From contig JANKJI020000004.1 of assembly GCA_024626585.2 (NCBI GenBank), forward strand, positions 66,392,927-66,411,944: a stretch of 19,018 nt of DNA, written 5' to 3'. Position 1 is the stretch's first letter, and the number at the start of each line of letters is the position of its first letter. Source of the stretch: Ginkgo biloba. Lineage: Eukaryota > Plantae > Ginkgophyta. Position numbers and translations under genes: made by a program. The notes below the pieces were generated by a model. It worked only from the letters and a program-made list of their open reading frames with translations. It searched no databases and was not told where the DNA came from. Below are positions 11,501 to 19,018 of the stretch, in pieces.

Positions 11501-14469
11501 CTGCTCGGCACCTGTTTCCTTCACAGTGTGGAAATGTTATTTAAATCTTTTATAATGTGCGTTATTGTTTTGGGCCTTTGATTTAGTTCCTTCACTGGGG
11601 GATTTTAGAATTCTGTCCAAAACTCTATCTGCAGGAAAAGGGACTGCACTCCNNNNNNNNNNNNNNNNNNNNNNNNNNNNNNNNNNNNNNNTACAGTGCA
11701 TTCTCTACTGTGCACATTTCAGAATTGCACCTATGTCAACTGTAGTAAAACTGAATTCAGTCTTTGTAGGCAGCTTTTAGAACCTGCCCAAAATGTCTTC
11801 TACACTATTCAGTATTGCTCTTGCACTTGGCTTTATATTTGCCTTTTCTTATAGCCAAATTTTGTCAAAAAATGGCATATCATTTTTCCATAAAGGTTCT
11901 CTTTCTTTAGATACTACAAAAGCTTTTGTGAATGCCCGTGTTCTTTCTTAAAGACAGTCACAAATTCTTCCAAATAAGATCCAGAAATATTATTCATCAG
12001 CCCCATAAAACTTGTTCAAGCATTAGTTAGAACCAAAGGCTTTAGCAGGAATTCATAGAACCCATCTCTTCGAATGGTATCTTTGAAACATTTACTTCAT
12101 GGATGGAAATTGGTAGCCACTCAAACTAATTGTAGAAAACAGTGTCTCTCCACATATAATCCAAAAATTCATAAAAACAGAGAGGGTATTTGTATTTACC
12201 TATTACCGTGTTCAATAATCTATAGTCCCCGCACATCCTCACAGTGTCATCNNNNNNNNNNNNNNNNNNNNNNNNNNNNNNNNNNNNNNNNNNNNNNNNN
12301 NNNNNNNNNNNNNNNNNNNNNNNNNNNNNNNNNNNNNNNNNNNNNNNNNNNNNNNNNNNNNNNNNNNNNNNNNNNNNNNNNNNNNNNNNNNNNNNNNNNN
12401 NNNNNNNNNNNNNNNNNNNNNNNNNNNNNNNNNNNNNNNNNNNNNNNNNNNNNNNNNNNNNNNNNNNNNNNNNNNNNNNNNNNNNNNNNNNNNNNNNNNN
12501 NNNNNNNNNNNNNNNNNNNNNNNNNNNNNNNNNNNNNNNNNNNNNNNNNNNNNNNNNNNNNNNNNNNNNNNNNNNNNNNNNNNNNNNNNNNNNNNNNNNN
12601 NNNNNNNNNNNNNNNNNNNNNNNNNNNNNNNNNNNNNNNNNNNNNNNNNNNNNNNNNNNNNNNNNNNNNNNNNNNNNNNNNNNNNNNNNNNNNNNNNNNN
12701 NNNNNNNNNNNNNNNNNNNNNNNNNNNNNNNNNNNNNNNNNNNNNNNNNNNNNNNNNNNNNNNNNNNNNNNNNNNNNNNNNNNNNNNNNNNNNNNNNNNN
12801 NNNNNNNNNNNNNNNNNNNNNNNNNNNNNNNNNNNNNNNNNNNNNNNNNNNNNNNNNNNNNNNNNNNNNNNNNNNNNNNNNNNNNNNNNNNNNNNNNNNN
12901 NNNNNNNNNNNNNNNNNNNNNNNNNNNNNNNNNNNNNNNNNNNNNNNNNNNNNNNNNNGTTTTTGACAGAAAAACGACATTGCAAGCATCAATGGATTTC
13001 CAAACTACTCTTTTTAATTGTGTGGCAAAATCAAAAGGGATGCTTTATCACTCAGGGTCACCATATAATTGCAATCTTCCTCAATGATTATCTTACTTGA
13101 TTTTCCCCTACATTCATTAGAACCATTTTTAATTTCATACTCTCAATTTCCTTCAGTCAGTATCTCTTCCACAAAAGCTTGTTCTTCTCCTTTATGACAA
13201 GAATGTTTCACATCCTTTGTTTTTCGTCAGAAGGTTTTTACCTCTTTCTTCTCACATGCCTCCTTTATACTCTCCTGAATTCACTCATTTTGGACTAGGA
13301 TCATTTCATATGATTCATGGTTCTCTATTTGCAAGTCATTCAACAGAAATTAAAGTTTCTAACACTAACCCAACATGATATCCTTCTAGATTATGAATTT
13401 ATGACCTTGGGAATTCGGATGTTTCTGAAGTACCACTTTGGAGTTATGGATACTCAACAACCCCCCTAAATTCATTAAAACCATCATTAATTTCATACTC
13501 TCAATTTCCTTTAGTTGGTATCTCTTCTACAAAAGCTTGTTCATCTCCTTTACGACAAGAATGTTTAACCCCCTTTTTGTTTGGGGTAGGTTTTCACCTC
13601 TTTCTTCCCACGTGCCTCCTAAAACTAACCCAGCATGATATCCTTCTAGATTATGACCTTAGGAATTCAGATGTTTCTGAAGTACTACCTTGGAGTTATG
13701 GATACTCAACAACCCCCCAATACATACATACATATAGATAGATAGATACGCATACGCGCACACACACACACACACTCTAATAGTACACCTCATCCCCTTA
13801 CTGTTGTGTACTGAAACATCATATCTATATTTTGCATTCTATATTCTAAAGCCTTCAAAATGCATTATGTTTTCTTCTGATCTACTATGTATACCCATGT
13901 CAGAGATTGATACACTATTATGTACTCATTTTACTTGTGACATTGACCACTTTTGGTCATTTTGGGCATCAAGATAAGTCTTTTCTTGCACATGCATGCA
14001 AGCATGCACACAAAAGGACAACAATTTCTTTTAACTAAATCCAAGGCAGGAAAGCTTAAATCTTACAATGAGCACTCCTTTTCTTCTCAAATGAAGCAAG
14101 AAGGAAGGTAAAAGACTAGAGAGGATACGTACAGAAAGCCCAACAGACAAATTGATGCCATAAGCAGAAACCCCCATAGCCTGGACCTCTTGCAGTTCTT
14201 TCAGGTTGATAATCTGCACCCATAAGACTCACATTTTAATATGAGAACTTTGGCAGAAAGATGGAATTAAAATTGAAAAAATTTTGAAAAGTTGGCTAGA
14301 ATTATTTGCAAGACAATACACTATTGGATTTCAGCCATCTCAAATGAACTCTAATAACTTTTGCTGAAGTGTATTCAACACCACTGAAATGTTGAAAGGA
14401 AAGATAAACTAACCTCAACAATAGCATCCAATCCTAGAGATAGTGTGTACTTTAAAATAGCAGGCGCTC
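2380..14469 (-). CDS. Spliced host gene (3' part; 5' exons outside the window or masked) encoding a divergent indole-3-glycerol phosphate synthase-like (TrpC-fold, beta/alpha barrel) protein; join(14414..14469,14133..14213,2778..2855,2380..2535)
   Basis: Four exons with canonical AG acceptors (GT donors on the first three) and matching phases translate without stops to (G)APAILKYTLSLGLDAIVE|IINLKELQEVQAMGVSAYGINLSVGLS|LPIPGFRKDIAKSLIGQVPFGTYSIV|GVSSQQEALEMRLAGADAVYIRQEVLERFEAQGNSSELFLQTLRDALTGDD*. Motif order and spacing match the IGPS consensus LGMEALVEVH..EL..A...GA.LIGINNR......L...IP....V.ESGI.T..D...L..AGADAVLVGE.L. The family assignment is by eye, not by search. Confidence 0.85.
2778..2855 (-). 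CDS. IGPS-like gene, exon (78 nt)
   Basis: Minus strand ttctctttgcatttgcAG|TTA CCT...ATT GTG|GTaagt, phase 0/0. Encodes LPIPGFRKDIAKSLIGQVPFGTYSIV (alpha6-beta7). Confidence 0.85.
3370..3748 (-). mobile_element. Older Ty3/gypsy element, gag 3' part (zinc knuckle) and start of protease
   Basis: CPFSKVKGHTEEN*W at 3661-3702 is a decayed CX2CX4HX4C. Downstream VFYITIQV (with a small tandem duplication at ~3460-3496) resembles the pre-DSG strand of the protease. Confidence 0.65.
3749..3951 (-). repeat. 3' LTR of the 3.8 kb element
   Basis: TG...CA bounded (tgagacagacc...ggtccataaca). Shares e.g. 'aatgaacaatagtttacacc' and 'tctaa.tgggtcca' with 7338-7546. Partly masked. Confidence 0.88.
3954..3965 (-). 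promoter_or_regulatory. Polypurine tract
   Basis: Minus strand AAGAATGGGGGA lies 2 nt before the TG of the 3' LTR. It is preceded by ttgagggcaaagcattttaag, resembling the LEDK-type pol terminus of chromoviruses. Confidence 0.7.
4150..4770 (-). pseudogene. Retropepsin protease, copy 2 (tandem duplicate)
   Basis: ISLGTIVT..[masked]..HNFMDKHLA...MYAMTFGGINVVLGTQWLETLGTFKMNLKK. Nucleotide match to copy 1 at an offset of ~730-740 (e.g. 4571-4617 vs 5311-5357). Confidence 0.9.
4878..5480 (-). pseudogene. Retropepsin protease, copy 1
   Basis: VSLVAVTG..KTLRIQGYIK..FVLIGSGSTHDFINKHLA...FQVMVEDGG...GGVDVVLGAQWVEMLG. Confidence 0.9.
5480..6551 (-). pseudogene. Decayed gag of the 3.8 kb element
   Basis: KMELQKFN....RNWVSKLEHYF (capsid N-terminus), G.VDEY (~5960-5980), and the KGTCYKCNKKYQKGHQC knuckle at 5612-5653. 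Frameshifts and stops are present. Confidence 0.85.
7324..7335 (-). promoter_or_regulatory. Degenerate tRNA-iMet primer binding site
   Basis: Minus strand TTGTATCATAGT lies 2 nt inside the 5' LTR boundary and matches canonical TGGTATCAGAGC at 9/12 positions. Confidence 0.65.
7338..7546 (-). repeat. 5' LTR of the 3.8 kb element
   Basis: tgagacgaacc...aattgggtccacaaac is a diverged direct repeat of 3749-3951. The right-hand terminus is mutated, so the end is uncertain by 1-2 nt. Confidence 0.85.
7547..8400 (-). mobile_element. Older Ty3/gypsy element, gag 5' part (interrupted by the 3.8 kb element)
   Basis: YLNEL*TKWQHLKQ..GQTMEEYVDAF...LKFVGQL...SLDKAYKFA is a retrotrans-gag-like pattern. 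Heavily decayed; the left boundary is set by the TSD and the right boundary is approximate. Confidence 0.75.
11050..12251 (-). mobile_element. Highly degenerate Ty3/gypsy pol relic (RT clear at ~11940-12251; downstream part only tentatively pol-derived)
   Basis: DDTVRMCGDYRLLN.VIGKYKYPL ... DGFYEFLLKPLVLTNA*TSFMGLMNNI.GSYLEEFVTVF is a decayed version of the gypsy RT motifs DG..RMC.DYR.LN / GHYEFLVMPFGLTNAP.TFM.LMN. Confidence 0.75.
13104..13718. repeat. Imperfect tandem duplication (unit ~360 bp; second copy has a ~100 bp internal deletion)
   Basis: 13104-13264 matches 13463-13620 (taatttcatactctcaatttcc...acaaaagcttgttc...tgcctcct), and 13361-13467 matches 13621-13718 (actaaccca.catgatatccttctagattatga...ggagttatggatactcaacaacccccc). 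Confidence 0.9.
13720..13775. repeat. Compound microsatellite (TACA)n(TAGA)n..(CA)n
   Basis: tacatacatacatatagatagatagatacgcatacgcgcacacacacacacacac. Confidence 0.9.
14133..14213 (-). CDS. IGPS-like gene, exon (81 nt)
   Basis: Minus strand gggtgcAG|ATT ATC AAC...CTT TCT|GTacgt, phase 0/0. Encodes IINLKELQEVQAMGVSAYGINLSVGLS (alpha5-beta6 'GIN' motif). A 200 nt intron separates it from the upstream exon. Confidence 0.85.
14414..14469 (-). CDS. IGPS-like gene, most 5' exon visible (56 nt)
   Basis: Minus strand aaattttcAG|GA GCG CCT...GTT GAG|GTtagt. Encodes (G)APAILKYTLSLGLDAIVE, equivalent to IGPS alpha4-beta5 LG[M/L]xxLVE. Confidence 0.85.
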
Positions 14470-14610
14470 CTGAAAATTTTAAATGGATGAAGCCAAACCA
14501 GATTCATGTANNNNNNNNNNNNNNNNNNNNNNNNNNNNNNNNNNNNNNNNNNNNNNNNNNNNNNNNNNNNNNNNNNNNNNNNNNNNNNNNNNNNNNNNNN
14601 NNNNNNNNNN

Positions 14611-14725
14611 GGTGTGTCCCAAGTGCGCCTGCGGGCGCACCGGGCCCCGCACCTACGCACCTGGTGCAGGGTGCGCCTCGAGTTCGCAGACCTGGCTGGC
14701 TAGGTTCACAAACCCGATAACCATG
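14611..14725. mobile_element. GC-rich palindromic segment, probable end of a DNA transposon/MITE (other end masked)
   Basis: Abrupt GC-rich island next to a masked block. Contains the perfect hairpin gtgcgcc-tgcg-ggcgcac and repeated gcacc/ggtgc motifs, and ends ...ataaccatg. TIR and TSD cannot be verified. Confidence 0.45.
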
Positions 14726-14754
14726 ATTGATTACCATTACAAAATTAAAATATT

Positions 14755-15047
14755 TGATCTATTATTTTTAAGATTTTGGATCGGCCTTAGGACTTAAACT
14801 TGACTAGGGTTCATTCCAAGTCTTCCCTTCTTAACATACTTCAATCTTGAAGCATGGCTATAACACGATCAACCTCTCGCAATCAAGATGATATCATAGG
14901 TATACGTGTGGTTCACAAGTTGCAAAGTTCATGATACTCTCATGAGCCTTCCTTTGACAATAGTTAGGAGATTATATGCACATGTTAGATCTATATATAT
15001 ATAGGGTGTATCGTGATCTATTATTATTAAGATTTTGGATTGACCTT
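14755..15047. repeat. 34 bp dispersed direct repeat pair
   Basis: tgatctattatttttaagattttggatcggcctt (14755-14788) and tgatctattattattaagattttggattgacctt (15014-15047), with a (TA)n run at ~14992-15003 between them. Confidence 0.7.
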
Positions 15048-16185
15048 TGGTTAGGACATCATATGCACATACTGGATATATGGTGTGTATTGTGGTTTGC
15101 TCTTGTATTATCACTAGCAAGAATGGTGTATTAGGTAGTTAATATATTTTCCCCGAAGTTACATGGCTTGAACCGATGCTATCCTTGTAGACAACATGAT
15201 CTTGATAATATGATATTCAATAATAGCATATAACCGCACTCACCATCCAGTAAAGATAAGTCTTGTGAACCAAATTTTAACCCATGGAATTTGAGGTACC
15301 TTTTACCCAAAGAAATTCTTCAACGATGTGCAAGGTATTTGCCTCAATAACATTTGATGTGATATAAAGTGATTCCATAGAATCTTCAATTCAAGCTTGA
15401 GATTTTTCCTTCCCTATGACTATGGTAATATATTGGCTTAATTATCTCATTTAAGTGATAAGCCTATTCCTTCTTCTCGAGTTTGAGTTGGTCAATTTTT
15501 TCTCGTAATTTTTTAATTCAATCATTCACGATGTTTAATTTTTCAAGTGATTTGGTGTTATATTATTGGATGAATGGGGACACACACTTAGGTAGGTAGT
15601 CCCCATAATGGGAAAAAGACAACAAAATTAGATAAAGTCGCCTTCAGGACAAACAATGAAATTGGAACAAGTGAAAATAGTGTATCTCAAATCAAAGCAA
15701 ATCTCAGCAACAACATCAGTCAAAATGAAAGAGTTGTCATCTTATGAAACTTTTAAAGACAAGTATGAAAGTCAAGATTTTTCCAAAGAAAAATAATCTT
15801 GGAGGAGTGTCGTTGGCATTGAATGGATGGATTTCACTCACATAGTACAAATGGGCATATCATGGATAGACAAGGCGAAAGTTGGATGGATAAAACAAAG
15901 TTTGATCTAGAAAGCAAATTGAATTTAGTAAAAATCAGCTCTGATGTTGTAACTGATGAATGTGCTGGTAATGCCAGACACCAAGGATAAGGAAAAATAA
16001 GAGAATTCAATTTAGCAGAAAGTGGATTGAAATTGGAGGCAATTTAAATGACTGCAGATGAAAGAGGCAAGTATTTTCATGCACTNNNNNNNNNNNNNNN
16101 NNNNNNNNNNNNNNNNNNNNNNNNNNNNNNNNNNNNNNNNNNNNNNNNNNNNNNNNNNNNNNNNNNNNNNNNNNNNNNNNNNNNN

Positions 16186-16573
16186 ATGAAACACTCGAAA
16201 TCATCATCAGAAGTAGCATCAATGTTTATTTCACCACAATCATTAGGCTCAGTTGGTTCTTGTGTAGCGAAGCAATGGTATGTTGATTCAAAATAGGAGC
16301 TTGTTGTCAATTTTGAGGATGAATAGTCCTTTCTCGTCTTTTGAGTCTTCATCGCTTTCCTCTATTGCGTCATAAATATTTTCCATGCCATAACAGGTTT
16401 GCTCGTTAAGTTCATATGCTTCCTGTACCCAGTTACACATGAAACACTCAGAATCATCATCAAAAGTAGAATCGATGTTTTTTCACTACAATGGTTACAT
16501 TTGATTGACTCTTTTGCAACAAGGTAGTGGCATGTTGATTTAGAGTAGGATCTCACTATTGATTTCGAGGATG
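16186..16573. repeat. Diverged direct repeat, ~135 bp core, period 253 bp
   Basis: atgaaacactc..aatcatcatca.aagtag.atc.atgttt...atgttgatt.a.a.tagga...ttt.gaggatg occurs at 16186-16321 and 16439-16573. Confidence 0.85.
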
Positions 16574-16679
16574 CTGTGGTACTAGAAGCAACATTGTCAA
16601 TTTTCACAAGGCGAGTCCATCAGCTATCATTGGTAATGTGACACTTTCATCATTTTGCTACAAAGTGAACATATATGTC

Positions 16680-19018
16680 CTAATCCTGGATGGACCATGT
16701 CTCGTGCATCCATTCTCTCCCTAATAGAACGGGTTATGTTTTTCCTCGTCTGACATTTTTTAAATTGTGAAATCTTGTGATACCGTCACGCTAGCTAGAG
16801 TGGGTGGGACATTTTCCATGTTTCTTAATGTTCTAACTTTTGATTGGTCAACCATTGTTAATGTGTAATGGGTTGACTTCATTGTTGGACTACCAATTGC
16901 TTTCCGCGTGTTTTCTGGGAGAACACTTACTGCAAACCCTCCTCAATGGTCGTATTATTTATTCGATCTTCCTCGGAGTTACACAGTAACTTGTGGATCT
17001 TTATCTAGATCAAGTTGTAATCGTCATATTGGAATGTTTTCCTTTCTTTCTTTTGATGTGTTTGGGTCCCATACGTGAAAGATTTTGGACAAAGTGATGC
17101 TCAATTGTAGCTCATTGGCTAATCGTTTCAACAACTCAACTCCTGGTCATCAATCTAGATGGATGGAGTAGTTGTAGTTGAGTTGTCATTGGAAGTTACC
17201 TCCAATTTTGCTTCCTCCTATTGTAGGATGGAGGCCTGCTTGGGGTTTTTTTGTACATACACTTTGGTGACTTTTTGTTTATTTTTACTCTGCTCAACTT
17301 CTTCTTATGCTTTTTTTGCACGCAATTGTTCTACTTCTTCTAATTTACAAGCTTCTTCTTTCCTTGCCTTTGCTTCACAATTAGCAACCTCTAGTGTTGC
17401 TTTGGCTTCCAAAAATAGGTCCTTTTCGTCATTTGGATTTAGAAAGTCGATGTCAAGTTATGTTGATATTGTCTTCTTTCCTGATCGTGTACATATGTTC
17501 ACATCAAACGATTTGCTAGTATCCAAAGTTCAACTCANNNNNNNNNNNNNNNNNNNNNNNNNNNNNNNNNNNNCCTCTCTTGGGACAATTTTCTGAATCG
17601 TGGTCTCCAAGACTACAATTCTTCAATAACATTCCACCATTATTCTGCATGTAAGGGCAGTCTCGAGAGATGTGCCCCCATTCTAAACATCTCATTCATC
17701 AAACTAGAGGTGGACAATTTCGATTAGTTCCTCTGTATGGATTATTTTGTCAATTTCGTAGAATGGAATAATAATCCTTTGTATTGTGCATATCCTTTTC
17801 AAATATTTAAATACTAAATCTTTGCACTATTACCTTCATTATTCGTGGATTTTGGTTCCTTGTCATTTTCTTATTTTCCTTCATTGTGTTTTCTCGTTTA
17901 GTTTCTTATTTTTCCAATTTTAACTTTGCTATCTCAACTCGCAACATTTCTATTTCAGCTTTTTCTTTTTACTTGGGCAGGGCTCTGTTAGCATTCCAAC
18001 ATGCTGCATAGTCTACTGTGAAGTCTTCCAGTTGCCATTGATGAGAATGTTGCTATGGGGCGTCCATGCACATTTGTCTTTCAAATTCCATTGCCAAGTT
18101 TCGTACTTGTTCACAGCTCTCTATTGGGTGGTGTTTAATTTTTCCCTAATATGGAGGGAGTAATCCATCCATGAAGTAATTCATCATTACGATTGGCAGG
18201 ACAGTATGTGGACCCTCGAGCTTTGATACAAGTACTTGAAGTCTTCCGTCATAGTTATGGATTGTCTCGTCANNNNNNNNNNNNNNNNNNNNNNNNNATA
18301 GATTGTGGACGGGTCTCAAAGGTTTAGGAAGTAGTCCAAAAACAACTCCTGTATCACTACCCATGAATGATGCTTCACACATTGATACCATTGTAATGCT
18401 TGCCCTCGTAATGTAGAGAAGAACTTTCATTTAATATTTTCTTCATTTATCACTTGTTTTTGGCGTATGTTATTTAGGAACAAAGCGAGGTGTTTTGCAG
18501 GGTCATTGTAACCTTCATACACTAGATGGGGCAACGAATTGTTTGCAGTGACATAAATTTGGGTGGTGCCCTTATTTCCTACACATGGACAGTGCTGACA
18601 TCCCCTACCTGGCATATAAACTTGGCCACCATTGTTGTATCGGTTATTTCTGTAATTATTATTGAAGTTACCACCCCCATTGTTTAAAGTTCCCACTACT
18701 ATTATTGAATTTACCACCATTGTTGTCAAAATTACCCCCATTGTAGTTGAAATTACTGTCGCCATTGTTGAAATTACCACTACTATTGTTGTGATTACCA
18801 CTAAAGATATTATTATGACTACCATAATTGTTATTATTGCAAAATACATTGCTATGATTGTATCCTCGGTAATCTTGTAGTTAGTCATTTAAAATGTTGT
18901 TGTGATTGTAATTGCATGGGTTATTCTTGTTGCTATTGTTGCTAAAGGCATTGTTGTAATTATAACTATCCACGTTATTGTTGTTGCCATTGTTACTAAA
19001 GACATTGTAGTTGTTCCC
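16680..19018 (-). mobile_element. Degenerate Ty3/gypsy (non-chromovirus-like) gag-protease region
   Basis: YEGYNDPAKHL and DETIHNYDGRL...NYFMDGL are gag motifs. *MRCLEWGHISRDC is a knuckle at 17657-17698, followed by a K/E-rich linker at ~17200-17420. The retropepsin NTTIEEG.AVSVLPE.T.KAIG.P......LTMVDQ......LGREW lies at ~16680-16970. Confidence 0.85.
18625..19018 (-). repeat. Asn/Gly-rich low-complexity region with imperfect ~21 bp repeats at the 5' end of gag
   Basis: Recurrent accattgttgaa(a/t)ttaccac units; the minus strand encodes NNGGNF-like repeats (NNGGGNFNNNYRNNRYNNGGQ). Confidence 0.75.

Noticed and set aside
12074-13087. Long ORFs of 240-337 aa
   Set aside because: They span a ~700 N block; only the minus-strand RT fragment at the edge is real.
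13104-13718. Repeats considered as a CRISPR array or LTR pair
   Set aside because: Long, two-copy, no spacers, no TG..CA/PBS/PPT, and eukaryotic context.
2380-14469. Calling the gene canonical IGPS/trpC
   Set aside because: The GINNR, ESG and VGE motifs are not intact and the N-terminal half is not visible, so no symbol was assigned.
15595-15625. Short tggggac...gtcccca inverted repeat near 15.6 kb
   Set aside because: 7 bp stem only, with no supporting context; likely chance.
17159-17596. 145 aa + strand ORF
   Set aside because: Antisense to the K/E-rich gag-protease linker.
18427-18888. I/V/T-rich ORFs resembling transmembrane peptides
   Set aside because: Alternative frames or antisense of the AAC/AAT-rich repeat.

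Overview
AT-rich eukaryotic genomic DNA, most likely from a large-genome plant such as a gymnosperm (inferred from the very long TE-filled intron and old Ty3/gypsy relics). Many stretches are N-masked, so the long 'ORFs' in the track that run through Ns are artefacts. The main host feature is not called as a gene by the ORF track. It is the 3' half of a spliced minus-strand gene with four GT-AG exons (14469-14414, 14213-14133, 2855-2778, 2535-2380) that join in frame to give 122 aa plus a stop. The product aligns by eye with the beta5-alpha8 half of indole-3-glycerol phosphate synthase (TrpC/IGPS TIM barrel), but several catalytic and phosphate-binding motifs are replaced (GINNR->GINLS, ESG->IVG, VGE/IGS->IRQ). 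This suggests a divergent IGPS paralogue or pseudoenzyme. Its ~11.3 kb intron holds nested, decayed Ty3/gypsy elements. One is a complete 3.8 kb non-autonomous LTR element (LTR pair, PBS, PPT, TSD, gag and two tandem protease copies, no RT/RH/IN) inserted into the gag of an older element. Further gypsy relics lie at 1-1301 (+) and 16.0-19.0 kb (-).
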